64,000 bases of DNA from an uncultured Collinsella sp. (GTDB lineage: Bacteria > Actinomycetota > Coriobacteriia > Coriobacteriales > Coriobacteriaceae). Positions 19,328 to 32,165 of this stretch are shown in pieces. The notes beneath the pieces were generated by a model, which saw only the letters and a program-made list of their open reading frames with translations, was not told the DNA's origin and made no database searches. A program made the position numbers and the translations under genes. The DNA lies in contig UQIH01000012.1 of NCBI GenBank assembly GCA_900541145.1, positions 6,714 through 70,713 on the forward strand. The letters run 5' to 3'. The first letter of the stretch is position 1. Each line of letters begins with the position of its first letter.

Positions 19328-20605
19328 TTAGGCGCTGTACTTGTTTGCCTCGCCGAAGGTGCCGGCCTCGACAATCCAGCCGTCCTTCATGATGACGTCC
19401 ATGTTGTCGGTGTTGAGCACGTGGATGTCGGCGGCGACGTCACCGTTGACAACCAGCAGGTCGGCGCACTTGCCGGCCTCGATGGAACCGGTCTCGTCCT
19501 CGATGTGGCACATCTTGGCACCGTTGAGAGTGGCACAGGTGATGGTCTCGACCGGGGTGAAGCCGATCTTGTCGACGAACTCGTACATCTCCTCGATGGA
19601 GCAGGTGCCGTACGGGGTGACGAAGGAGAAGGAGTCGGAGCCGATCGTCATGATGACGCCGCGCTTCTTGGCCTCGCGCAGGCAGTCGTAATTGCGCTGC
19701 AGCTCCTTCTCGACCAGGGTGCCCTCGTACTTGTCGTGCAGCTCGGGGACGTAGACGGGCGGATAGGTGGCGTACCAGGTGGGCAGGAAGGCAATCGTCG
19801 GGGTGAAGAAGGTGCCCTGCTCGGCCATGAGGTCCATGGTGCGCTCATCGATATCGAAGCCGTGAATCAGCTGCTCGCAGCCAAAGCGGACGGAGTCGTA
19901 GGCAGCGGCGTGGTTGTTGTAGCAGTGGCTCCACACGGGGATGCCGACCATCTTGGCCTCTTCGACCACGGCCTGAATCTCCTCGGAGCAGTAGTGCTGG
20001 TCGCGACCGGAATCCCAGCGCCAGATGCCGCCACCGGTAGCCCAAATCTTGATGGCATCGGGGTTCTCGCGCAGGCGACGACGGACGGCCTTGCGCAGAT
20101 CCCAAGGACCATCGACCTGGTCGCCCCAGGGGTGGGATTCCTTGTTGAGCTCCTGGGTGCAGTGGTGGGAGTCACCGTGACCGGCAACGCGGCAGAAGCC
20201 GAGGCCGGTGGCCAGAACGCGCGGGCCCTTGAAGACGCCCTTGTCGATGCAGTCGCGAATCTGGATACCAAAGCGGCCGATCTCGCAGACGGTGGTGAGG
20301 CCGTGGGTGAGGCAGTCGTAGGCCTGCTTGACGGCGACGGCCTGCTTCTCGAGGAGCGGCTGCATGACCCAATCGGTATCATCGTCGGTCAGGTTGCCCG
20401 AGAAGTGCAGGTGGGTGTCGATCAGGCCGGGAAGGACGGTCTTGCCGGCGGCGTCGATGACCTCAACGTCCTCGGGAAGGTCCTGCATGGCGCCGGCGTA
20501 CTCGATCTTGCCGTTGTCGTCGACGAGAACGAGGGAGTTCTCGACCGGCTCGGCACCGGTACCGTCGATGAGCTTGCCGCCAACGATTGCATACTTAGTG
20601 GACAT
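19328..20605 (-). CDS. metal-dependent amidohydrolase family protein
   Basis: N-terminal beta-sandwich followed by LPGLIDTHLHF, the metal-binding HxH motif. AAGGAGG lies upstream of the ATG. Confidence 0.85.
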   Translation of the reverse strand: MSTKYAIVGGKLIDGTGAEPVENSLVLVDDNGKIEYAGAMQDLPEDVEVIDAAGKTVLPGLIDTHLHFSGNLTDDDTDWVMQPLLEKQAVAVKQAYDCLTHGLTTVCEIGRFGIQIRDCIDKGVFKGPRVLATGLGFCRVAGHGDSHHCTQELNKESHPWGDQVDGPWDLRKAVRRRLRENPDAIKIWATGGGIWRWDSGRDQHYCSEEIQAVVEEAKMVGIPVWSHCYNNHAAAYDSVRFGCEQLIHGFDIDERTMDLMAEQGTFFTPTIAFLPTWYATYPPVYVPELHDKYEGTLVEKELQRNYDCLREAKKRGVIMTIGSDSFSFVTPYGTCSIEEMYEFVDKIGFTPVETITCATLNGAKMCHIEDETGSIEAGKCADLLVVNGDVAADIHVLNTDNMDVIMKDGWIVEAGTFGEANKYSA

Positions 20606-20736
20606 GGTTCCTCCTTATGGATCCATATAGTGGGCGAGGCCGTGTTGGGTTAAGGCCTCACAAAGCTACCCAAGTGGCGCCGGGTTCGGTGCGCGGAAGA
20701 GAGGGTCCCGCGCACCTGATCCGCCCCGGCTCGGCG

Positions 20737-22188
20737 TTACTTTTTGCGGGAATTGGTGAAGGCCATGAGAGCCAGGCCGACGGCCAGCCAGCCGATCACG
20801 ATGCTCCACTCCACCATGTTGAGGGAGGCGGGAGAGAACGGAATCACGAGCAGGCCGATGATGATGGCGCAGGCAGCGATAGCGAGGCCGATGCCAAACT
20901 TGCCGCCGGGCACCTCGTAGGGACGAGGCAGGTCGGGCTCGGTGAAGCGCATGCGCAGGCAAGCGAGGGCGACCATACCGCAGGAGAAGATGAAGGCGAG
21001 AGCCGACACGTTGGTCAGAGGGATGAGCATGTTCTTGCCCAAAAACGGTCCGACGACGGTGATGACGCCCAAGACGACGCAGGCAAGCTTGGGAGCGCCG
21101 GACTTGGGGTCGACCTCGGCGAACTGCTCGGGCAGCTGGCCCTTGCGGCCCATGGCGAGCATGATGCGGCTCGTGGCGCCGTAGAAGGAGTTCATCGGGC
21201 CCATGGGTCCAAGCGTAGCGATGACGAGCATGGCCAGGTACAGAAGCATGTTGATGCCCTTGAGGCAGGCAAGCGCGGGAACCGGGCTCTTAACAAACTC
21301 ATGCCAGTCGAGGATGGTGCCGAACGAGTAGATGCAGACCATGTAGAAGCCGCCGGCGGCCAGCAGGGCCAGGGAGATGATCTTGCCGAACTTGTTCCAG
21401 TTGAGGCCCTCGGCTGCTTCCTCAGCCTGCTGAGGAATGGTGTCGAAGCCAGCGTAGAAGAACGGGGTCAGAACCAGGACCGACACGATGCCGGCAAACA
21501 GGCTGGAGCTCTCGGTAGCGGCCTTGCCGCCGCCAGCGCCGGTGACCTGGGAGAACACGGGCATGGCATTGTCCGGCGAGCCGGTGAACAGCGAGACGCC
21601 CATGGCGAGCAGCATGCCGCAGAGCAGGGCCTTGGTCAGGAAGGCCTGGAGCTTGGCAGCCGAGCTAGCGCCGCGGAAGTTGAGGAAGATGACGTAGACT
21701 GCAAAGCCGAGCGCGATCAGCGTCGGGAACAGGTAGACGTCGGCCCCCAGTATGGTGTAGAGCTTGACGGCGCGCAGCCACTCAAGGCCGGGCAGGCTGC
21801 CGAACATCTCGGACACGAGGGTCGAAATGGCGATGGCCTCCCACGGGCACAGGATGCCGTTGCCCAGGGCCAAAAGCCATCCGGTGATGTAGCTCAGCGT
21901 ACGGCCAAAGCTACGATCGACATACTCGACGATGCCGCCCGAGATGGGGATAGCAGCCGTGAGCTCACCGAAAACAGCTCCGACGGGCACGAGGAAGATT
22001 GCACCCAAGAGGAATGCGATCATAGCGGGAACGGGACCGCCGCCCACGACCATCCAGTCGCCGACCTGCAGAACCCAACCGGTACCGATGATGGCACCGA
22101 AACCGATGGTGAAGAAGTTCCAGAGCGAAAGCGTTTTCTTCATGCCGCCGTTATCCTCGACTGCAACTTCTGCGTTCTTGTCCGCCAT
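20737..22188 (-). CDS. APC superfamily amino acid/polyamine permease
   Basis: Twelve predicted TM segments with N-terminal block FFTIGFGAIIGTGWV. AAGGAGGGG lies upstream. Confidence 0.85.
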   Translation of the reverse strand: MADKNAEVAVEDNGGMKKTLSLWNFFTIGFGAIIGTGWVLQVGDWMVVGGGPVPAMIAFLLGAIFLVPVGAVFGELTAAIPISGGIVEYVDRSFGRTLSYITGWLLALGNGILCPWEAIAISTLVSEMFGSLPGLEWLRAVKLYTILGADVYLFPTLIALGFAVYVIFLNFRGASSAAKLQAFLTKALLCGMLLAMGVSLFTGSPDNAMPVFSQVTGAGGGKAATESSSLFAGIVSVLVLTPFFYAGFDTIPQQAEEAAEGLNWNKFGKIISLALLAAGGFYMVCIYSFGTILDWHEFVKSPVPALACLKGINMLLYLAMLVIATLGPMGPMNSFYGATSRIMLAMGRKGQLPEQFAEVDPKSGAPKLACVVLGVITVVGPFLGKNMLIPLTNVSALAFIFSCGMVALACLRMRFTEPDLPRPYEVPGGKFGIGLAIAACAIIIGLLVIPFSPASLNMVEWSIVIGWLAVGLALMAFTNSRKK

Positions 22189-22547
22189 TGTTCCCCTCCT
22201 TTCCTGTTTGACGCCCTTGGCGTCACCCCTTGCGCGGTCCGTTTTGCCGCGCGCTTTTATTTCGTGGCTTTAAGATACGGCCTTGGCGCAGCAGCTCCGC
22301 TTGTAGCTCGACCGAAGGCAGAACTGCAAAACGAGCGGCGCCGTTTTTGGGACGAACGGCACGGTTTGCCGCTCATTGTTGCCGCCCGTCCGACGGGCGT
22401 ACGCTCATCGGACGCATATAGAGATGTTTTTGAGGCCGTGTGTTTTGCGCCTTTCGTACCGTTTACCGAGCTTTTGACGCGCGGACCCATTTGTTGCACA
22501 TCTTTTTTGTAGGATGGACAGGTTATACATGAGACAAGGCGGTACGA

Positions 22548-23582
22548 ATGGCATACGGATACAACGACGGTGATCAACGGCGACAAAGCGTTCGCCTTGC
22601 TGGCCGTACCACGCCGACGCCCGGAAGTGCCACAAGCAGCAATCCGCAACGTCCTCAAGAGCAACCCAGGCCTTCGTCTCGGCAGCAGGCAAGCAAAACA
22701 CGGCAAAGTGGCCGTCCGCGCACGGGCACAAGCGCGCAGCAAGACAGCCGCTTAGGCGCGCGCACTCGACAGCATCAAGCCGAGGTTCCGCAACTGCGCC
22801 GCAACGGCGCACGTCAGCCCGGCATCCATATCAACCGCTTCTTTTCGCATCCCCAAGGCGGACGCGACGGCAAGCCCTACCGCTCGACATCGCACGTGAA
22901 TGCCCCCGCCCTGCCGGCTCGTCGACTTCGCCTCGCACTGTGCTCTATCCTCACCTGTCTGGTCTTTGTGCTTATGAGCTCCTGTATGTCCCACGGCTCG
23001 GCCGGTCTCGAGCCCACCGCCGAGGACAAGCTGCTCAAGGCCCCCGTCGCGCCCGGTTATTCTTTCGCCTTTTCGACCCCGCGCTCGCAATGGCAAGCCG
23101 GCACGATGCCCCATATCTATCAGATCGACCCCGCGTGGTCGGAGCTGCCTTACGCCGGCGGCACCATCCGCCAAAATGCCTGCGGGCCTACGTGCCTCAC
23201 CATGGTCTATATCTTTAAGACGGGACGCACCGATATGACCCCCGTCGATATGTGCGCGCTTTCCGAGGCGGGCAATTACGCCCCCACCGGTGCAACCGAA
23301 TGGTCGTTTATGACGAGCGGCGCGTGGCAGTTGGGACTTAACGGAACGGAGCTCCATAACGATCGCGACTCGATGACTCAGGCGCTGCGTTCGGGAGCGC
23401 CCGTCATCGCCGCCGTTCGGCCGGGCACCTTTACCAACGTGGGCCACTACATTGTGCTTTACGGTATTGACGACGCCGACCAGATTGGAGTCTTCGATCC
23501 CAACTCGGCCAGCCGCAGCGCCCGCCGCTGGGGCGCCGTAGAGGTCCTTAACGAAGTCGAAGCCATGTGGGCCTACTACTAG
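22548..23582 (+). CDS. membrane-anchored peptidase C39-like domain protein
   Basis: Long Arg/Gln/Pro-rich N-terminus and one TM segment (LALCSILTCLVFVLM). The C-terminal domain has QNACGPTCLTMVY and GHYIVLYG (Cys/His of the C39-like fold). Confidence 0.6.
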   Translation: MAYGYNDGDQRRQSVRLAGRTTPTPGSATSSNPQRPQEQPRPSSRQQASKTRQSGRPRTGTSAQQDSRLGARTRQHQAEVPQLRRNGARQPGIHINRFFSHPQGGRDGKPYRSTSHVNAPALPARRLRLALCSILTCLVFVLMSSCMSHGSAGLEPTAEDKLLKAPVAPGYSFAFSTPRSQWQAGTMPHIYQIDPAWSELPYAGGTIRQNACGPTCLTMVYIFKTGRTDMTPVDMCALSEAGNYAPTGATEWSFMTSGAWQLGLNGTELHNDRDSMTQALRSGAPVIAAVRPGTFTNVGHYIVLYGIDDADQIGVFDPNSASRSARRWGAVEVLNEVEAMWAYY

Positions 23583-23690
23583 TCGTTGGGGACAGACTTA
23601 AATGAGTGGTCGTTAGGGACAGCCTTTAAGAACTGTCCCAAGCTGCCGGCAGGAAAGGAACGTCCCCAAGTGCCGGGTTCCCAATGACTA
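23582..23690. repeat. array of five TTrGGGAC-type motifs (two forward, three reverse)
   Basis: GTCGTTGGGGACAG (23582) and GTCGTTAGGGACAG (23609) are 27 nt apart. They are followed by the inverted 43-nt unit TGTCCCAAGCTGCCGGCAGGAAAGGAACGTCCCCAAGTGCCGG (23634-23676) and GTTCCCAATGAC. The same unit recurs at 32229-32271 and 38965-39007. Confidence 0.6.
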
Positions 23691-23698
23691 GGTGGATA

Positions 23699-23735
23699 GC
23701 AAAAGTCCCGCAGTCGGAGCGGACCGCGGGACTCA
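23699..23735 (-). terminator. rho-independent terminator after arcC
   Basis: The minus strand reads AGTCCCGC-GGTCCGCTCCGACT-GCGGGACT followed by TTTGCT. Confidence 0.55.
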
Positions 23736-23798
23736 TGAAGAGAGGCTAGTTTGTGGGCGCCTTGCCTGGCGCCCACGAGAGAGGCAATGGAGTAGAGG

Positions 23799-24761
23799 CT
23801 ACTCGTGGATGCGGGTACCGGAGAGGCCGGCCATGGTCTCGGCGGCCTTGTCCAGGGCGCCGATGATGCAGGTGCGGCCCTTGCGGGAGCGGGCGAACTT
23901 GATGGCAGCGCGAACCTTGGGCTCCATGGAACCCTTGCCGAACTGGCCCTCGTCGGCCAGGCGCTCGGCCTCGTCGGCGGTGAGGTCCTCGAGCTCCTCC
24001 TGGTTGGGCTTGCCAAAGTTGATGGCGACATGCTCAACGGCGGTCAGCAGGAACAGAACGTCGGCGTCGCAGTCCTCAGCCAGCAGCTCGCCGCCCAGGT
24101 CCTTGTCGATGACGGCGGGAACGCCCTTGTAGCAGCCCTTGTTCTCGTAGTCGCGGACGACGGGGATGCCGCCGCCACCGCAGGCGATGACGATGAACTC
24201 GTTGTCGAGCAGATTGAGGATGGAGTCAGCCTCGACGATCTTCTTGGGATCGGGGGAAGCGACGACGCGACGCCAGCCGCGACCGGAATCCTCGACGAAG
24301 ACCTTGGAGGGATCCTCGGCCATGAACTCCTTGGCCTGCTCCTCAGTGTAGAAGGGGCCAATCGGCTTGGTCGGGTTCTTGAACGCGGGATCGTCCGGGT
24401 CGCACTCGATCTGGGTGACGACGGTTGCGGCGTGCCAACGCTTATAGCGCTTGTGCATCTCGCGGCCAATGCCCTGCTGCAGGTGATAGCCGATGTAGCC
24501 CTGGGACATGGCGCCGCACTCGGGCAGCGGCATCTCGGGGGTGCCGATGGCGTCGTGGGCGGCGGCGAAGGCGTTCTGGATCATGCCGACCTGCGGACCG
24601 TTGCCGTGGGTGATGATAATCTCGTTGCCCTGCTCGATCAGGCCGAGGAGAGCGTGAGCGGTGTTGCTCACGGCCTCGATCTGCTCAACGGGGTTGTTGC
24701 CGAGGGCATTGCCGCCAAGGGCGACGACGATACGATCGGGCTTGCCAAGAGGCTTAGACAT
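23799..24761 (-). CDS. arcC: carbamate kinase
   Basis: Contains RIVVALGGNAL, ITHGNGPQVG and IACGGGGIPV. ATG 24761 is preceded by GAAAGGA. The track start at 24818 adds 19 unlikely residues. Confidence 0.9.
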   Translation of the reverse strand: MSKPLGKPDRIVVALGGNALGNNPVEQIEAVSNTAHALLGLIEQGNEIIITHGNGPQVGMIQNAFAAAHDAIGTPEMPLPECGAMSQGYIGYHLQQGIGREMHKRYKRWHAATVVTQIECDPDDPAFKNPTKPIGPFYTEEQAKEFMAEDPSKVFVEDSGRGWRRVVASPDPKKIVEADSILNLLDNEFIVIACGGGGIPVVRDYENKGCYKGVPAVIDKDLGGELLAEDCDADVLFLLTAVEHVAINFGKPNQEELEDLTADEAERLADEGQFGKGSMEPKVRAAIKFARSRKGRTCIIGALDKAAETMAGLSGTRIHE

Positions 24762-25363
24762 TGCTGGAATCCTTTCTGTAAAAGGCCTACAACCCATTAA
24801 TAACCCGCGCCCGTGCAATACGCGAGTTTATTAAGGTTTATATTCTCTTTATCGCTCATTTTATTCATTTTGAAAATAGTTGAACGGTGAACGGTCGTTT
24901 TTATCCGCTCAGCGTACAGAACCCCAGCTCAAGCATATCTACGTCATTTACGTGCAACTTTATTTTAATAGAGCAGGGATTAGACCAGATTATGCAAACT
25001 ATATCTTTGCTAAACATAAAACAGACAGCGCAAAATCTTACTCGTACTATACGAGATTCTATGCACTTATTGGACGAGTATGCAGCCCTGCAATAACATG
25101 GCGTTTTTCATCCAACTTAAGGAATAGACGAGTGCCTTTGCCGCGCGTCGGCCGGCAGCCGGCGAGCCGTCTCGTCGATTGCCGCTTCCAGAAAATCAAA
25201 AACTGATATTGCGCGCGCAATTGCGGCATGGTACTTTAGCGAAGAACAGCGCGGGCTGGGGCGACAGAGATCTGTCGTGAAGTTTGGGTTCGGCGACCCC
25301 GCCGCTGTCTTCTCCTTATCCGCCAGCGAGCCCCTTGAGCGACGGATTGAGGAGGTCCTTACT

Positions 25364-25780
25364 ATGACAAAAATGCTCAAGATCACGCTAAATGGCGAGA
25401 CGTTTCTCGCCGACATGCTCTGGGACAAGGCTCCCGAGGCATGTAAACTCTTCGAATCGTCCTGTCCGGTCGAGTCACGTATCTTTTCGGCCAAGATCTG
25501 CGATGCCGAGGTAACCTATCCCGTATCGGGCCCCATCGCCAATTACGAGCACATCGAGAACCCCGTCTTTCACGAGCCGGCGGGCGCAGTGAGCTGGTAT
25601 GGCGGATGGTCGTCAATCTGCATCTTCTTTGACGTGTGCGAGCCCTTTGGCACCTGCAACATGTTCGCCCGCATCTGTGAAGCCGACCGCGAGCGTTTTG
25701 CCGCCGCCTGCCGCAATGTTTGGGACAACCAGGGCATGTACATTAAAAACGAAATCGTCGAGATCGAAACGGAGGCCTAA
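25364..25780 (+). CDS. cyclophilin-like fold protein (DUF3830-like)
   Basis: MTKMLKITLNGETFLADMLWDKAPEACKLF... resembles the DUF3830 N-terminus as I recall it. GAGGAGG lies 7 nt upstream of ATG 25364. Confidence 0.5.
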   Translation: MTKMLKITLNGETFLADMLWDKAPEACKLFESSCPVESRIFSAKICDAEVTYPVSGPIANYEHIENPVFHEPAGAVSWYGGWSSICIFFDVCEPFGTCNMFARICEADRERFAAACRNVWDNQGMYIKNEIVEIETEA

Positions 25781-25782
25781 AG

Positions 25783-26307
25783 ATGATGGATATCAACACC
25801 CTGCTCGCACTCGACCTTGCCGAGTACATCACTGCACTTGAGGCCCTCGCCGATCAAATGATGCTCGAGGAGCCCCGCGACATCGACCTGATGCGTCGCC
25901 GCAAGCTCGACACCGGCCGCGAATTCGCCGTCTGGAACTTCACCGTCGGCTACTGCATGAACGCAGCCGACGCCCTCTCCCTCCTGCGAGCCCAGGCCAA
26001 CGAAAACGCTAACGACGGCACCGCCGACCTCGCAACGATCAACAACAGCGCCGCGCGCCTGTGCGACTGGTTCTCGGGCGCCTTCGACGTCACCGGCAAA
26101 ATGGATGACACCACGGCAATCCTCGCCCACAGCCGCGACCTCTACGCCCAGGTAGAGACTCACGAACAGTTTGCAGCCCTCACCCGCGCCACCGAGCGCT
26201 ATCTGGTCCAGCTCCAATTTTGGGTTGACCGCCAGATTCCCTGGCCGGCTATTAGCGACTTCGTCCACGGCTACCGCCTACGCACAGAGAGCGGCGAGAC
26301 AAGGTAA
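25783..26307 (+). CDS. hypothetical protein
   Basis: ORF 3 nt after the previous stop with GGAGG upstream. Composition is host-like. No family recognised. Confidence 0.5.
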   Translation: MMDINTLLALDLAEYITALEALADQMMLEEPRDIDLMRRRKLDTGREFAVWNFTVGYCMNAADALSLLRAQANENANDGTADLATINNSAARLCDWFSGAFDVTGKMDDTTAILAHSRDLYAQVETHEQFAALTRATERYLVQLQFWVDRQIPWPAISDFVHGYRLRTESGETR

Positions 26308-26450
26308 CCAAGCAAGCAGCACCGACAACACCCCACCATCGGGATCCAAAGTAAGAATCAGAGGGCTGGAGACGCACCCAACAGCGTCCCCAGCCCCTTC
26401 GCAAAGTAGAGCACTGTTTCAGTGGCTTTGAGGCCTATTCGAACCTTTGC

Positions 26451-26537
26451 TATCTCCCAATTTTTGTATTTTTACGACAATATTATCTGCAAATTTTTGT
26501 ATGATTTTAGGCGATTCTATCTGTCAATTTTTGTCAT
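26451..26537 (+). promoter_or_regulatory. three direct repeats TATCTsnnAATTTTTGTmAT spaced 33-34 bp apart upstream of the ATPase gene
   Basis: Copies start at 26451, 26484 and 26518. The last one abuts the RBS and start codon at 26549. Confidence 0.45.
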
Positions 26538-26548
26538 TTGGGGGTTTA

Positions 26549-27910
26549 ATGCTACGCCGTAAGGTCACTGATAGGCTTTTGAGCTGGAAGAATAACTCCA
26601 ATAAGGCATTACTCGTTACTGGTGCGCGTCAGATTGGCAAGAGCTATGCGATTCGCGCGTTTGGACAAAGCAACTACGCTTCGTATTTTGAGGTCAATTT
26701 ACTACTCGATGTCGAAGCAAGGAATGCACTTGTTGGCGCAAAGAACTCCGTTGACTTTATCAACCGTGTAGCCCTTCTTGCGGATGCGCCGCTTGTTGAG
26801 GGCGATACGCTTGTCTTTGTCGATGAGATTCAGGAGTATCCGCAGATCGTTACACTCATGAAGGCGTTGGTCGAGGATGGGCGCTTTAGCTATGTCTTCT
26901 CGGGGTCTATGCTTGGGACTGAGTTTAAGGGGGTCTCTTCTTTTCCGGTGGGGTATGTAGAGCACATTGTTATGCGCCCGATGGATTTTGAAGAGTTTTG
27001 TTGGGCAAACAGCGTTAGCGAGAATGTGCTTGCAGGCATTCGCAGCTGCCTTGTCGAGAAACATCCTGTCGAAAACTATATTCATGAGGCGATGCTCAAG
27101 AACTATAGAGCTTATATCGTTTGCGGCGGCATGCCGGAGGTCGTTCAGAATTATATTGATTCGGGTTATTCGCTCGTGAGCACACGTGAGCTTCAAACTC
27201 AGCTGGTCGATCAGTACAAAAGCGATATCTCAAAATATGCATCGACTCGAGCGTTTAACGTTCGGTCGATTTTTGAGCAAATTCCCGTTCAGCTTGAGGC
27301 GGAGTCTCATCGCTTTGTCGTTTCGTCTCTGGGCGAGGGAGCTCGCCTTAAAAAATATGAGCAGGATTTCCTGTGGCTTGTTAACGCAGGTGTTGGATTG
27401 ATGGTCGCCAGGGTGACGGAGCCACGGAGTCCTCTCAAGAGGACGGAGAAAACGACGGCCTTCAAACTATATGAGTCTGATACAGGCATGCTCGCATCGC
27501 GGTACCCCGGCAGCACTGCACGCGCCGTCTATCTTGATATGAAAACTCCCAACCTTGGTGGTCTCTATGAGAACGTGGTCGCGCAGGAACTCGTTGCCCT
27601 CGGGGCGGATGCATGGTACTACCAAACGCGTGAGGTCGGTGAAGTTGACTTTGTGATCGAAGGCATCCACGGTCATGTTGTCCCAATCGAGGTCAAATCG
27701 GGCAAGAAAGTTCGAGCGCACGCGGCCCTCGATCGTCTGATGAGTGTGGGCGAGTACAAAATTCCCGATGCCGTTGTACTAAGCCACGAGAATCTCAGCA
27801 AAGAGGGCAAGGTTCTGTACGTTCCAATCTACATGACGTTTTGTCTCGATGAGTTTATGGAAAAGGATGACCCCAATAACGATTTCTCGTTCGCGCCCAT
27901 ATCTCTCTAG
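26549..27910 (+). CDS. AAA-family ATPase with C-terminal DUF4143-like domain
   Basis: Contains Walker A LLVTGARQIGKSY and Walker B LVFVDEIQ, with C-terminal EVDFVIE...PIEVKSG (restriction-endonuclease-like DUF4143). It is visibly AT-richer than its neighbours. Confidence 0.8.
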   Translation: MLRRKVTDRLLSWKNNSNKALLVTGARQIGKSYAIRAFGQSNYASYFEVNLLLDVEARNALVGAKNSVDFINRVALLADAPLVEGDTLVFVDEIQEYPQIVTLMKALVEDGRFSYVFSGSMLGTEFKGVSSFPVGYVEHIVMRPMDFEEFCWANSVSENVLAGIRSCLVEKHPVENYIHEAMLKNYRAYIVCGGMPEVVQNYIDSGYSLVSTRELQTQLVDQYKSDISKYASTRAFNVRSIFEQIPVQLEAESHRFVVSSLGEGARLKKYEQDFLWLVNAGVGLMVARVTEPRSPLKRTEKTTAFKLYESDTGMLASRYPGSTARAVYLDMKTPNLGGLYENVVAQELVALGADAWYYQTREVGEVDFVIEGIHGHVVPIEVKSGKKVRAHAALDRLMSVGEYKIPDAVVLSHENLSKEGKVLYVPIYMTFCLDEFMEKDDPNNDFSFAPISL

Positions 27911-27971
27911 CCATTTGAATCTGCAATCCAGCCCCGTCCACGCATCAATGCATTTCCCAAGGTGCTGCGCG

Positions 27972-28074
27972 TTTCGCGGCAAAGCCGCGAAAAAGCAAAG
28001 GGATAAGAAGCCGCAACAACCCCGCCCCCCATCCATCCCCAAAGCAACGCGCCTTTCGCGGCAAAGCCGCGAAA
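27972..28074. repeat. two copies of the hairpin TTTCGCGGCAAAGCCGCGAAA
   Basis: Identical 21-nt palindromic units lie at 27972-27992 and 28054-28074 within similar flanks (CGC-TTTCGCGGCAAAGCCGCGAAA-mAGC). Confidence 0.6.
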
Positions 28075-28145
28075 CAGCGACCGGGACAAAAGGCCCCCAC
28101 AACCACGTCCTTCATTCAGCCACACAATCCGAGGACGTAGTCGTA

Positions 28146-28270
28146 GCAGGATCTGAGGACTGACCTTCGCGGACATTCCGCAGGACGAAGGAACCCCCGC
28201 CGCACGTAGTGCGCAGCGGGGGTTCCTTCATGTCCGAGGACGTCCGCGAAGGTCAGCCCTCAGATCCTGC
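28146..28270 (-). repeat. ~125-nt extended hairpin immediately 3' of nifJ
   Basis: GCAGGATCTGAGGACTGACCTTCGCGGAC...GAAGGAACCCCCGC pairs with GCGGGGGTTCCTTC...GTCCGCGAAGGTCAGCCCTCAGATCCTGC. There is one internal loop. The structure begins 10 nt after the nifJ stop. Confidence 0.6.
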
Positions 28271-28280
28271 GGTGAGAGAC

Positions 28281-31820
<3,540 letters not shown>

Positions 31821-32165
31821 ATACCCCTCTCCTCTCATATAGGTATACAGGCCCCGGCGATCGCCGGGATGTTGGCGTGATGGGATTTACGCTGTTGCTT
31901 CCAATCATCTGGCAGGCAGGCTCAGCAGCAGGTACGTGGCGTGGAGAGAAGACATGCCGAGGCGAGGGACAGCTGATGCGCCCCACAGACCCGACCGCCC
32001 GTCTTGCACATGACCGAGCGCCGCAAAGGCCGCATGCCGGATGCTCCCGGGCACGCCCCGGCGATGGGAAGCGCCCGCAACGGAAATCCGCATGCGGGTT
32101 TATTGTACCCCGCCGTTAAGTGTAATTTCGACAAATATAGGCGGGCGGTAAAGGTTTACCTCGGG

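Noticed and set aside
24880-25494. ORFs 24880..25206 (+), 24887..25096 (+) and 25117..25494 (-) in the AT-rich intergenic region
   Set aside because: None has an RBS. The minus-strand ORF overlaps the well-supported start of the DUF3830-like gene. The compositions are atypical. At most these are gene remnants.
27972-28074. CRISPR-like repeat
   Set aside because: There are only two copies, the units are palindromic, the 61-nt spacing is not a regular array, and no cas genes are present.
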